From positions 2,880,001 through 2,944,000 of the forward strand of contig CBDETY010000003.1 of NCBI GenBank assembly GCA_965243025.1: DNA of 64,000 nt, given 5' to 3'. The notes beneath the pieces were generated by a model. The model was not told the origin of the DNA. It saw only the letters and a list, made by a program, of their open reading frames with translations, and did no database searches. Shown here one piece after another: positions 48,882 through 59,101 of the stretch. Both the position numbers and the translations under genes were made by a program. The stretch comes from Candidatus Latescibacterota bacterium. Lineage in GTDB: Bacteria; Latescibacterota; UBA2968; UBA8231. Each line of letters opens with the position of its first letter. Position 1 is the first letter of the stretch.

Positions 48882-49951
48882 CAGTTCCCCTCGAGCCGGT
48901 CCCGCAGCCAGGGCTCGAGCCTGGCCGCCACGAGCCCGGCGATGCGCCGGTTTGTGCGCGCCGTGGGATGGACCCGGTCGTGGAAGAGTCCGGCGAGGGG
49001 ATGGATCGCCGCCATGGCCTGGATCGCCGGCACCGTGTCGATGCATCCGTCGGCCCCGCCCGGGCCGAAACGGATGCTCCTGCAGTAGTCCCCCGCCTCA
49101 ATCTGGTAGGACGACCGCCTTCCGGGGGGCCCGGTGAGGTTGTTGCGGTGGGGCCCGACGATGATCAGGAGCTCCACCCCCCGCCTGCCCGTCGATTCGC
49201 GAACCCGCGCCAGCAGGCCGCGGAATTCGTCAGGGCGCAGCCGCGGACGCTTGCCCGGGCTGGCCTGGCCCTTTCCTTCCGACGGAGCCGGGGAGGCGGC
49301 GGCCTGCCACAGCATGCGGGCGATCCGGCTCCAGCGCAGGGGCCGGACCGGCAGCTGCGCCTGCAGGGCCTCGTACTGCTGCGGATCGCTCATGCCCCCC
49401 CAGGACGCCCCTTCGTTCCAGCCGAAGTAAACGACGACGACATCAGGCTCATACCCGTACCCCTCCGTTTCCAGGAACCTCCAGCCCTGGAAGAGTGTGT
49501 AGCCCGGAACTCCGGCGTTGATGCACTCGACCGCGGCCCCGGGAATCCCGGAGCGCAGGCTGTCCTCGACTCCCTGCACGAACGATTCGGCGTGGCTCAG
49601 GTATTCCCCGAAGGTGCAGGAATCCCCGAGAAACAGGATGCGGATCTCCCCTTCCCCTTTCGTTATCGGGATCTCGTGGTCCTCGCGCAGGCCTTGGTCG
49701 TTCGACAGGATGCCGAACAGAGGCCCGGAGGCGTCGGGCCGTTCCAGGCCGGGCCTGAGGCGCCAGAAGAGCTCGGGGTCGTTGGCGAACAGCTCCTCGG
49801 CCGGCACGGCGTTGACGCGCTCGGCGATGTCGGCGAACTGCCGCCACACCACCATCGGGCGGTGCGGGACGAAGAGCCGCAGCGCGACCTCGCCCAGCGC
49901 CAGGGCGGCGAGGGTTGCCGCGGCGGCGAGCGCGATCCGGGACCATACCAT
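48881..49951 (-). CDS. SGNH/GDSL hydrolase family protein
   Basis: N-terminal TM ALGEVALR, RILFLGDSCTFG, INAGVPGY, FGWNE, DRVHP. Confidence 0.88.
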   Translation of the reverse strand: MVWSRIALAAAATLAALALGEVALRLFVPHRPMVVWRQFADIAERVNAVPAEELFANDPELFWRLRPGLERPDASGPLFGILSNDQGLREDHEIPITKGEGEIRILFLGDSCTFGEYLSHAESFVQGVEDSLRSGIPGAAVECINAGVPGYTLFQGWRFLETEGYGYEPDVVVVYFGWNEGASWGGMSDPQQYEALQAQLPVRPLRWSRIARMLWQAAASPAPSEGKGQASPGKRPRLRPDEFRGLLARVRESTGRRGVELLIIVGPHRNNLTGPPGRRSSYQIEAGDYCRSIRFGPGGADGCIDTVPAIQAMAAIHPLAGLFHDRVHPTARTNRRIAGLVAARLEPWLRDRLEGN

Positions 49952-49969
49952 CCCTCTGCCCCTTCAGTT

Positions 49970-51601
49970 TTAATCGGCGAATACCTGCACTTTGTGCCGC
50001 TCCCGAAGGAGCTCGACGAACTCCGCGAACGAGCGTTGATACCTGTCCAACTTGACATACGCTCGGGCCCGCTTCTGCGAGGTTTCGTTGAAGGGCTTGA
50101 CCTGAGAGGGTGTACGCTCGACGACCTTGAACACGGACCAGCCGTCCTCGAGCTCGACCGGACCGCCGATTTCTCCGACGCCGAGCTGCCTGGCGCCCTC
50201 GAACAGGGGGGCGCCGTAATGGAACTGGGTCCCTTTGTTCAGGGTGATGAGACCGTCGTGGTGGTCGAGTCCCGCTCGTGTGGTGTGCTGCCTCGCCAGC
50301 TCTCCGGCATCCCCGCCGGCATCCAACTCTCTCCGCAACTCCTCGGCGCGCTGCCTGTCGTCGACCATGATTTCGGTGACCTTTATCGTCTCCCAGGTCA
50401 GGAACTTCCCGGGGTGGTCCCGGTAAAATCCTTCAGCCTCCTGGAAGGTGGTTTCCGGTATGCGATCGTCCACTTCGCGTCTCTTCAGGGTGCTGACAAG
50501 CATGTTCTGCTTCTCATTCTCCAGCCATTGCAGCGTGGATTCCTCCGTATCGAGACCGAGTGTCTTGGCGGCTTCGAGGTACAGGGCAAAGGGGATGACC
50601 CTGGCATTCAGCATCCCCTCAATCCAGGAAGGGTTGGAAAGGTTGGTAACCCCGTCCTTGCTGCGGCTGACGACGGACTGGAAGTCATCGATCCTGATCT
50701 CCCCCCCCCTGTAGGTGCACACCGGCAGTGCTTTCACCTCGTCCGTCAGCCCTTCCCTGAGGAACCTTTCCGAGGCGGCTGCTATGTTCTTTGTTTGAAT
50801 CTCGGGAGCATAGTGCTCGCGCAACGAGTCGAGGACCACCCGCTCTCTCTCGGCTCGTTTGCGAATGAAGATCTCCTCCTTGACCTCGTCGACGACGGCT
50901 TCGATACCGACGGAAATGGAATCGAGAATCTTGAAGACGCCAAAATGCTGTTTGCCCTTGAAGGGAAAAGGCAATGGCTCCGACAGGGATCCGACCTCGA
51001 GCCGAAAGATCGGCTGGATGGGGGGATTGGTCTCATCCCTGAGCATGTACAGACCGGTGTCCCCTCCCTGATCCCGGGTTTTCTCGAACAGGCTGTGCTT
51101 CCTTGCGAGCTCGGCAAAGTCAGCGCCTTCATCGGCAAGCTGTAAAATTTCCCGGGCTTCCTCTTCCGTTTCCACGAGAATACCGGCAAAACGCAGCGCC
51201 CGGTCCCGGTGAGTTGCCCTGAAACGCTCTTCCAGTTCCTCTTCCGCAATCGAGACCGGCGCACTGATCCGGGCGGTGGTGTACAGATTGACGACATGGG
51301 CGTTGACCCTTTCCTGCAGCCGCCTCTTGAACCAGTCCTCGTCCTGGATATTGCGATGCCGCGCTTCGGCAAGCATAACGGTCTTGTCGATCAGCGCGCG
51401 CAGCAGCGCACTGTCCCGCTGTGTCTCCGTCAGATCGGCTGAAAGTGCTTTGGCCCCCAGCAGCTCGAAGCCTCTCAGGTCCTCCGCTGTGATTTTCCGC
51501 TCCCCCACCGAGGCGAGGACGGTTTCGTCGGCAGCCTGCGCCGTAAAGGCGATGCCAGAAAAGAAGGCGGCGGCGAGTACACGCAGGCGGATGTCGTTCA
51601 T
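49970..51601 (-). CDS. Parvulin/SurA-like peptidyl-prolyl isomerase with two rotamase domains
   Basis: VLASVGERKIT, GADFAELARKHS..GGDTG, second GELARQHT..G, GEIGGPV..GWSVFKV. Confidence 0.85.
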   Translation of the reverse strand: MNDIRLRVLAAAFFSGIAFTAQAADETVLASVGERKITAEDLRGFELLGAKALSADLTETQRDSALLRALIDKTVMLAEARHRNIQDEDWFKRRLQERVNAHVVNLYTTARISAPVSIAEEELEERFRATHRDRALRFAGILVETEEEAREILQLADEGADFAELARKHSLFEKTRDQGGDTGLYMLRDETNPPIQPIFRLEVGSLSEPLPFPFKGKQHFGVFKILDSISVGIEAVVDEVKEEIFIRKRAERERVVLDSLREHYAPEIQTKNIAAASERFLREGLTDEVKALPVCTYRGGEIRIDDFQSVVSRSKDGVTNLSNPSWIEGMLNARVIPFALYLEAAKTLGLDTEESTLQWLENEKQNMLVSTLKRREVDDRIPETTFQEAEGFYRDHPGKFLTWETIKVTEIMVDDRQRAEELRRELDAGGDAGELARQHTTRAGLDHHDGLITLNKGTQFHYGAPLFEGARQLGVGEIGGPVELEDGWSVFKVVERTPSQVKPFNETSQKRARAYVKLDRYQRSFAEFVELLRERHKVQVFAD

Positions 51602-51651
51602 GTTCGAGCTCCCGGGTTTTCCTTTTGCTTGTTGGTTGTTGCAGTCACGAC

Positions 51652-54600
51652 TCACTCCGACGCCGTGGTCCGGATGTCCCGGGCCGGGTGCGCGCGCAGC
51701 AGCCGGAACATCAGCTCCTCCCCGCCGCTCCATTCGCCGTGGCGGGTTTCCGAACCGTACCGCTCCCACAGCGCGGACAGGGCATTCCAGTCTCCGCCCC
51801 CGGCGCGGCCGGCCATCGCCGCGGAGAGAAGGTAACCGAGCCTGTTTTTCGGCATCCGCCCGGACCGCGCCAGTATTTCCTCTGCGTTGGCCGCCATTCG
51901 AGGCGCGTTACGGGCCCCGGTCGCCGCGAACAGCGAGACCCATGCCTTGCCGACCGGGGGAAGAGCGCCGTAGCAGCGTGAGGACGCGACCATGTTCCAG
52001 ACCTCGCTCGACCCGCCCTTTCCGAGGGCGGGGTTGACCACCGTTGCCACGGTGTAGAGGGAGCCGAGCCATTGTTGCGCCTCCACCGGGTCGGAACATT
52101 CCTGGAGACCCCGCCTGCAGACCTGGGCGTCGTCCCGCAATGAGGGCGGCATCCGCTTCAGGGCGGATTCATCACCCCCTGCCAGATAGGCGCGGAGGGC
52201 GCGGGCGCTCTGAACCAGCTGCAGGAGTGCATACCCGTCCTTCGTTCCGACTCCCCCTTTTGCCGACGGAGGGCGCCACTCCCGGCTGCCCCTTCCGGAT
52301 TGCAGGAGATCGAGGACCGGAACCGGAGAGGTGCGCAGGGCCATGAGTCCGCTGGCGCTGTGATCGAGAAACCGGGATCTCACGGCGTTCAGGTCGAGAA
52401 AGGGGCGGTAATCGCTGTTCGCCGGCACCTCCCAGGAATCGAAAAACGGCTGCAGCGCCGCGCTGCCGGCGATCCTCCTCGTCTCGAGGTCGGCGACGGA
52501 GTGGATGTGGTGCCGGCGCAGCTCGCCGGCCACTCCGGCATCGGCGAACAGGGCCCCCCGGAGCTCGCCGACCGGCCCGCCCTTGCGCGCCAGGATCAGG
52601 ATGTTGGCGTTGTCGGTAGCGTACACGTCGTAGTCCGGGAAGGTGCGCGAGAGGGCGCCCATGACGGACGCGACGAGCCGCGGCTCGATTTCGTAGAGTT
52701 GCAGCCACTGGGCGAGGACTCCCCGCGGCCGCAGATGGCGCTCGGCGAGCTCGTAGAACTCCGCGGAAAAGAGGCTCGACACGCCGCTCACCCAGGGATT
52801 CGATGGCTCGGCGATCAGCAGGTCGTACTGCGCGTTCTGCGTCGACAGGAAGCTCCGGGCGTCGTCGGTGAAAATGCGGCTGCGGGGATCGGTGAAGACG
52901 CGCTCGACGTGCGGCCCGAACTTGCGGGCGGCAGCGATCACAGCCGCCTCGATTTCGATCGTGTCGACCAGCTCGAGGCTTGAGCTGCCGAGCAGGACGT
53001 GACTCGTCTGCCCCGAGCCCATACCGACGACGGCCGCGGTCCGCGCCTTCGGCCGGGCGGCAAGGGGCAGCACCGCGGAGAGAACCATGGTTATTTCGTC
53101 GCTGGCGGGATTGTCCCCTTCCGCCAGGTTGATGGAGGCCTCGGCCTTGCCGTTTGTGAATATGACGAGCCGCCCGGTCGAATACTGAACGAGATCGACG
53201 CTCGTGGTTTTGCCGTCTTTGTGGAATACGTTGGTCGCTTTCTCCGCTGAGATGAGTTCCGAGTACCGATAGACGCCGGAGGCCATCTTCAGAGGGTCGA
53301 TGTGGGCCCCTGCCAGGATGGCCGAAACAGCGGCTGCACCCGTGCCGGCCGCTATCCCCGGAACGAGCCGGGACGAACATACCGACCACAGGAGCCCCAC
53401 TCCAAGGGCGAGGTCCACTGCCGCACCGAAAGCCACGAGGCCCTTCAGTCCCAGCAGCGGCATACCGACGTGTGTCGCGGCAACTACTCCCGCAATCGCT
53501 CCGACCGTGTTGGCGGCATAAACGGCGCCGATGCTCTTTTCCCCGCCGCCTTGCTTGAGCAGCGCAAACGTGATGAGGGGCAGCGTCATGCCGGCGCAGA
53601 ACGTGGCCGGAAACATGACAAGCAGGGAAAGCGAGTGGCTGGCGATGTTGAACAGGACATACCCCTGGTCGGTCCGGCTCAACCCTTTCATTACCGCCGC
53701 CATCAGCTCGAAGCAGTTCGCGTAGACCGGCACCGTCGCCAGCGCCAGCAGACCCATGGCGATTTGTACTGCCGCGAGATAACGCACCGGCTCCACGATG
53801 CCGTCGATTCGGCCCCTGATCCAGAGACCCCCGAAGGCCAGGCCGGCGATGAAGGCGCTCAGCATCAGCTCGAATGAGTGAGTCGAGCTGCCCAGCACGA
53901 GACTGAGCATACGAATCCAGCCGATCTCGTAGACGAACGATGCAAACCCCGTCAGGGCGGCAACCCACAACATCAAGCCGTAACCGACGGTGGAACCCAG
54001 GCGTCCGGGCTCGTCGTGGCTCGTCGCCGTCTCCTCCTTCGGGAGAGGCTCGGAGACGAAGTTCACCAGGATGTAGACGACCGCGGCCACGGCCAGGTTC
54101 AGTACAGCAGCCACGACCAACGTCCCCGGAAGTCCAAGCAGTTCCACGAAAACGAACCCGCTCATCAGCACCCCCGCTGCCGCCCCGATGCTGTTGGTGA
54201 AGTAGAGGATGGAAACGGACGAGCCTGCAAGGCGCGGGAACTGGCGCACGACTCCGGCGCTCATCAGCGGGAAGGTCATGCCCAGCAGGACCGCCGGTGG
54301 CAGAATCAGCAGCCCCGACAAGATCAGCTTCAGGCCCCCTACCCCTGCCGGAAAACCCACGGCGGGCATCAGGCTGATGTAAGACAGCTGCGTGAGACCT
54401 GCGAAGAGAGGGTGAAAGAGCAGTCCCAGAACGCCGATAGCCGCTTCGGCTATCGCGTACCAGCGCAGCAGGCGGTGCAAGCGGGTCGAGTAGCGGCTCG
54501 CCAGCCAGGAGCCCAGTGAAAGCCCTCCCATGAACAGGGCGATCACCAGAGTCTGGGCGTAGGCGGAGTGCCCGAGGAAGAGGCTGAGGTAGCGACTCCA

Positions 54601-54675
54601 GATCGACTCGTAGATGAGCCCGGCGAAGCCGGACACCGCGAAGGAGAGGAACAGCGTGAAGCGCAGCAGTTTCAC
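51652..54675 (-). CDS. Fused MFS-like membrane domain / spermidine synthase-like protein
   Basis: SGFAGLIYE..W.R.L repeated twice, LLGMTFP, YAANTVG, VVGMGSGQT, EIE, DDAR, YDLLIAEPSNPWVSG. Confidence 0.9.
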   Translation of the reverse strand: MKLLRFTLFLSFAVSGFAGLIYESIWSRYLSLFLGHSAYAQTLVIALFMGGLSLGSWLASRYSTRLHRLLRWYAIAEAAIGVLGLLFHPLFAGLTQLSYISLMPAVGFPAGVGGLKLILSGLLILPPAVLLGMTFPLMSAGVVRQFPRLAGSSVSILYFTNSIGAAAGVLMSGFVFVELLGLPGTLVVAAVLNLAVAAVVYILVNFVSEPLPKEETATSHDEPGRLGSTVGYGLMLWVAALTGFASFVYEIGWIRMLSLVLGSSTHSFELMLSAFIAGLAFGGLWIRGRIDGIVEPVRYLAAVQIAMGLLALATVPVYANCFELMAAVMKGLSRTDQGYVLFNIASHSLSLLVMFPATFCAGMTLPLITFALLKQGGGEKSIGAVYAANTVGAIAGVVAATHVGMPLLGLKGLVAFGAAVDLALGVGLLWSVCSSRLVPGIAAGTGAAAVSAILAGAHIDPLKMASGVYRYSELISAEKATNVFHKDGKTTSVDLVQYSTGRLVIFTNGKAEASINLAEGDNPASDEITMVLSAVLPLAARPKARTAAVVGMGSGQTSHVLLGSSSLELVDTIEIEAAVIAAARKFGPHVERVFTDPRSRIFTDDARSFLSTQNAQYDLLIAEPSNPWVSGVSSLFSAEFYELAERHLRPRGVLAQWLQLYEIEPRLVASVMGALSRTFPDYDVYATDNANILILARKGGPVGELRGALFADAGVAGELRRHHIHSVADLETRRIAGSAALQPFFDSWEVPANSDYRPFLDLNAVRSRFLDHSASGLMALRTSPVPVLDLLQSGRGSREWRPPSAKGGVGTKDGYALLQLVQSARALRAYLAGGDESALKRMPPSLRDDAQVCRRGLQECSDPVEAQQWLGSLYTVATVVNPALGKGGSSEVWNMVASSRCYGALPPVGKAWVSLFAATGARNAPRMAANAEEILARSGRMPKNRLGYLLSAAMAGRAGGGDWNALSALWERYGSETRHGEWSGGEELMFRLLRAHPARDIRTTASE

Positions 54676-54789
54676 GCTGTTCCTCTCCTTCGATCGCCGG
54701 GGTCGGAGACGGCGCTACTGAACCATCTGAAGGAGGCGGCGGGTTGTCCAGCCTGTGCGGCTGCTGCCGGTCTGATCGCTCCCAAATAC

Positions 54790-56271
54790 CTACCCTGCCG
54801 GTTCGTCGCCGTACTTGCGCTGCAGCCGTTCGAGTTCGCCGTGCAAGTAACGTTGCACCTTGGCGTAGGCTGGGTGGTCGTAAATATTGCTCAACTCGTC
54901 GGGGTCTTTTTGCAGGTCGAACATTTCCCAGTAGGGGTCGAGCTGCGGTGATTCGGCCGAGCCGCGCCACTGGGTCTCGTCCGGACCCGGGGTGTAGAAG
55001 TGGACGAGCTTGTGGTGCGGGGTTCGCACGCCATAGTGGGCGCAGACATTGTGCCCCCCGTGATTCCAGTAACGATAATAGAAGGAGTTCTGCCAGTCAC
55101 CCTGCGGTTGTCCGCGCAGCATCGCCCGGGCGGAGACACCCTGCATCTGGTCGGGAATGTCAATGCCGGCGTAGTCCAGCAGCGTTGGGGCGAAGTCGAG
55201 ATTGGTCAGAATCTCATCGCGAACGCTTCCCGCCGGCACCTCGGCAGGGAGACGCAACAAGAAAGGCATGCGCAGCGAGTGCTCGTAAATGAATCGCTTG
55301 TCGTACCAGCCGTGATCGCCGAGGAAGAAACCCTGATCGCTGGTGTAGACCACCAGAGTATTGTCCTGGAGTCCGGCATTTGAAAGGTAGTCAAGCAGCC
55401 GGCCGACAGATGCGTCAACGCTGGCGACACAGCGCAGGTAGTCCTTCATGTATCGCTGGTAGTACCAGTCTTTGAGCGCCGCTTCGTCGAGTGCATCCGG
55501 CGGGTCGGCTTTGACATCCTCGTGGAGGAGGTCGCCAAGGATGCACATTTTTGCAGCGGCGGCGGCGGGACGCGTGGCGTAATCGTCGTCGAAGGTCGCC
55601 GGGTGCGGCACTCGCTCGTCTTCGTACAGGTGCTTGTAACGCTCTCCCGGGGTCCACGGCCGATGCGGCGCCTTGTGGTGCACGCACAGGAAAAAGGGTT
55701 TGTCGGGGTCGCGGCGCTGCGTCAGCCAGTGCAGTGACAGATCGGTGATGACGTCACTGCAGTAGCCCTCGACGACCATGGGGCCGCCCGGGGTGTGGAA
55801 TGCCGGGTTTTCATACAGGCCCTGGCTGGGAAATGTTGCCCAGTCATCAAAACCCGCCGGCGAGGCGGGTACGGCGTCGGGGTGGTCGGAATCGTTGAGT
55901 ATGGGGGTCTGAAGGTTGTCCTGTTCCGTACTGACCTCGTGGGTCAGCCCGGAACCCAGGTGCCATTTGCCGAAAAGCGCAGTCGTGTAACCGGACGAGC
56001 GCAGGAGCTTCTGCAGTTGAATCGGACGGCGGTTGTCCAACGGCTGCCATTCGCGGACCCCGGTAATGTGACCGTATTGACCGGTGAGAATCGTCGCCCG
56101 GCTGGGAGTGCAGATCGCGTTGGTGCAAAAGCAGTTGTTGAGTCGCACCCCGCCATTTGCGATGCGATCGATATGGGGCGTTTCGTTGACCGCGCTGCCG
56201 TACGCCGAGATGGCGTGGGCGGCGTGATCATCGCTCATGATGAATAGAATGTTCGGTCGCTGATGCGACAT
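54790..56271 (-). CDS. Formylglycine-dependent sulfatase
   Basis: RPNILFIMSDDH, CTPSRATILTG, GKWHL, HKAPH, TSDQGFFLGDHG..DKR. Confidence 0.95.
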   Translation of the reverse strand: MSHQRPNILFIMSDDHAAHAISAYGSAVNETPHIDRIANGGVRLNNCFCTNAICTPSRATILTGQYGHITGVREWQPLDNRRPIQLQKLLRSSGYTTALFGKWHLGSGLTHEVSTEQDNLQTPILNDSDHPDAVPASPAGFDDWATFPSQGLYENPAFHTPGGPMVVEGYCSDVITDLSLHWLTQRRDPDKPFFLCVHHKAPHRPWTPGERYKHLYEDERVPHPATFDDDYATRPAAAAAKMCILGDLLHEDVKADPPDALDEAALKDWYYQRYMKDYLRCVASVDASVGRLLDYLSNAGLQDNTLVVYTSDQGFFLGDHGWYDKRFIYEHSLRMPFLLRLPAEVPAGSVRDEILTNLDFAPTLLDYAGIDIPDQMQGVSARAMLRGQPQGDWQNSFYYRYWNHGGHNVCAHYGVRTPHHKLVHFYTPGPDETQWRGSAESPQLDPYWEMFDLQKDPDELSNIYDHPAYAKVQRYLHGELERLQRKYGDEPAG

Positions 56272-56796
56272 CCTGCCTCTTCCCGGCTGAAACGGAAGCT
56301 TGCCGGGGCACTCAGGGGTGCCGGGCTCAATTCCGTGAGCTCCACGAAGGAATCGACTCGCCGTGCGCTTCGTAGAGTGGCGACTGACCTGAATCTCTCG
56401 TATGGAGTCGAAGAAGACCTCAACGGTGCGGCTTGTTTGGCCTCCCTAGAGACCGCTTGGACCTCGCGACACCAACCCGGCCTACAGTCCGGTATTCTTC
56501 AAGGGTAACCTGGGGCTCGTACTGAAGATTCATGAGCGTGTGGGTGTAGAGCCCGGCTTCTCGGCGGCCGAAATATAGGACCGTATCCCCCGCGATGGCA
56601 GGGTTCGGTTTCACCCGTTCGGCTCGCCCTCACAGATTCACAGGCGCGGCTTTCCACTGGCCGCTTTTTTTGCAATTTTGGGAGGGTCCTCCGTTTTGGT
56701 TTTCTTCGGGACAGTCGCGGGAGCGGCAACCTCGCAGTGGAAGGTTCCAGCCTGCTTTCTGGTGATTACCGGGGAAAAAAGGAGACCGATGGCGGC

Positions 56797-57797
56797 ATGG
56801 CGTTGATGCAGGACTGGCTTGTCACCGACTACGACCGCGAAATCATCGAGCGTGAACTCGACAGCTTCGTGCCCCCCGAGGTATTCGACGCCCACGCTCA
56901 CCTCTATTCCCTCACTCATTTTCACGAAGACGCCGATCTGGCATTTCTCCCGGGTGGACCGACAACGGTCGGCTTGGAGGAGTACTATCGCGGGATCGAT
57001 GAGATCATGCCGCGATGTTCGGTAGACGCTCTTTTCTTCGCTTTTCCCCGGCTGCCGGTAGACTTCGCCGCAATCAACGAGTTCGTGGCGAAGGAAGTGA
57101 GCAAGCGGCCCCGCTCCCGGGCAGAAATGCTGGTCCGCCCCTCCCACGACCCGGAGTACATTCGAGAGACCGTCCGCTCGGGAGGCTTTGTCGGCCTCAA
57201 ACCCTACCATCTTTTTTCCACCCGCACTCCGACACAGGCGTCCAGGATCGAGGAGTTCCTCCCGGAGCAGCAGGTTCGAGTCGCCCACCAGGAGGGGCTC
57301 GTCGTCACGCTGCACATCGTACGGCCGCGAGCCCTCGCCGACCCGGCAAATCAGGAGACGATTCGCCGATACGCCGAAAAGTACCCCGATATGAGGCTGA
57401 TCCTTGCCCACGCCGCCAGGGGATTCAACCCGCACCATACCATCGAGGGAATCCGTGCTTTGTCCGGCCTGGGCAACGTGTATTTCGACACATCGGCGGT
57501 GGCCGACCCGGGCGCCAACGAAGCGATCATCCAGACCATGGGACACCATAGCCTTTTATTCGGGTCGGATTACCCCGTTACGCACCAGCGCGGCAGACCT
57601 GTGGCGGCTGGCGACGACTATCACTGGGTGTTTCCGAAAACCTAAAGACCGAGCAATGGGGTGGAATGGCCCGGCCGACGATGATAGGAATCGAGTCGCT
57701 GAGAGCCTTGAAAATCACTGCCATGACCCTCAGGCTCACCGACGCTCAGATCGAGGACATCTTCCACAACAACGCCGTGCGGCTTCTGCGCCTGTGA
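56797..57797 (+). pseudogene. Amidohydrolase_2-like protein with a frameshift near the C-terminus
   Basis: FDAHAH, GLKPYH, LILAH, YFDTS, LLFGSDYP; stop at 57645, but the -1 frame continues ..IGIESLRALK..QIEDIFHNNAVRLLRL* to 57797. Confidence 0.75.
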
Positions 57798-57869
57798 CCG
57801 CGATTTCCGGCGACGCTGTAACCGCGCTGTGACTGCCTGCTCGCGGGGGCGAATTCGGGGGAAGTCACC

Positions 57870-59057
57870 GTGAGCCAACAGATCGTATTGGGCTGCGGGA
57901 ACTGTATCGACTATGAAGTTTCATGGGACTCCCGGGTGCTCGAACGGCTGATTGCGGAGCATGGTATAGGGGCCTGCGAAACAGGGACCGGGGGACCGAT
58001 ATCCAGCACCCGGGACCTGGTTGTATCGATACTCGGTTATTTGAAGAGCGGAACCGGTGGCGGACACTTTGTGGATTCCCCCTCGGTCATCGAGGACTTC
58101 GCCGGCCTCTTCCAGAAGAAGGTCACCATGGGGGGAACGGCGGTTCGGGCGGCGATCGCCATGGGGAAGCTGGGACACACTTCCGCCCTGCATCTGGTGA
58201 CTGTCAGCGACGAGGTGCGCAAACAGATTCCGCGGAACTGTCCCTGGGTTTGCAGCAGCAAAAAGGACAGCTCATACCCTCACCTGATCGTGCAATTCCC
58301 CAAGGACGCACGCGTTCGGGTCGGAAATCTCGTTATCAAGGCACCCCGGGCGAACCGCGTCATCTACGAGAACGATCCCGACAATACCGCCATGGAGCTT
58401 GATCCAGGGCTGGCTTCCCTCGCTTCCGATGCCCGGGTGTTCCTGGTTTCCGGGTTCAACGCCATGCGAAACCGCGCACTCCTGGCCGACAGAATGGAAG
58501 CGCTCGTGAAAGTCCTCGCCTCCATTCCCGCCGATGCACTGGTTTTCTACGAGGATGCCAGTTTCCACGAACCCGCATTGGCCTGGCAGGTCCGCGATGC
58601 CCTGGTCAACTCGATCGACATCTTCAGCCTCAATGAGGACGAAATGACGGGATACCTGGGCAGAAAGGTCGCGCTGCTGGATCCGGTCGAGGTGCATTGC
58701 GCCTTGAGGGAGCTGCATCGGTTGCTCCCCGTTCCGGCGCTGCTGGTACATACCCGGTATTGGGCCCTGGCCTTCGGACCGGATGCCGGCCGCTACCAGA
58801 GGCCCTTGAAAGGCGGAATCACCATGGCGGCCACACGGCTCCGCTTCGGCGATGACTTCGCCCCCTCGGACTATCGGGAAACGGAAGGATTGCCCGAGGA
58901 GCCATTGGGAAAGGAGTTTGCCGAGGCTCTCGGCGTGGAGGCTGGAGACGCTGTCTGCTGTCTCCCTTCGGTTGAGATAGGGGAAAGTGTTGCGACGACG
59001 GTCGGTTTGGGAGATGCCTTTGTGGGAGGAGCGCTCCCGAAACTGGCTCAGATGTAG
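57870..59057 (+). CDS. ADP-dependent glucokinase/phosphofructokinase family protein
   Basis: VLG...IDYE, TMGGTA.RAA, HLIVQF, PRANRVI, VSGFN, FSLNEDE, VHT, TTVGLGDAF. Confidence 0.85.
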   Translation: MSQQIVLGCGNCIDYEVSWDSRVLERLIAEHGIGACETGTGGPISSTRDLVVSILGYLKSGTGGGHFVDSPSVIEDFAGLFQKKVTMGGTAVRAAIAMGKLGHTSALHLVTVSDEVRKQIPRNCPWVCSSKKDSSYPHLIVQFPKDARVRVGNLVIKAPRANRVIYENDPDNTAMELDPGLASLASDARVFLVSGFNAMRNRALLADRMEALVKVLASIPADALVFYEDASFHEPALAWQVRDALVNSIDIFSLNEDEMTGYLGRKVALLDPVEVHCALRELHRLLPVPALLVHTRYWALAFGPDAGRYQRPLKGGITMAATRLRFGDDFAPSDYRETEGLPEEPLGKEFAEALGVEAGDAVCCLPSVEIGESVATTVGLGDAFVGGALPKLAQM

Positions 59058-59101
59058 GACTTCACCGCAAAGCTGCTATCCCGGCACAGCGCACCCGTTG
59101 C

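Noticed and set aside
56400-56671. Possible 6S RNA or riboswitch: CCGAGAAGCC and CCCTTGAA on the minus strand recall E. coli 6S, and GCGGC-N9-GCCGC-T7 at 56646-56671 looks like a terminator
   Set aside because: I could not fold a long rod with a central bubble, found no promoter, and the stem is only 5 bp; needs an Rfam scan.
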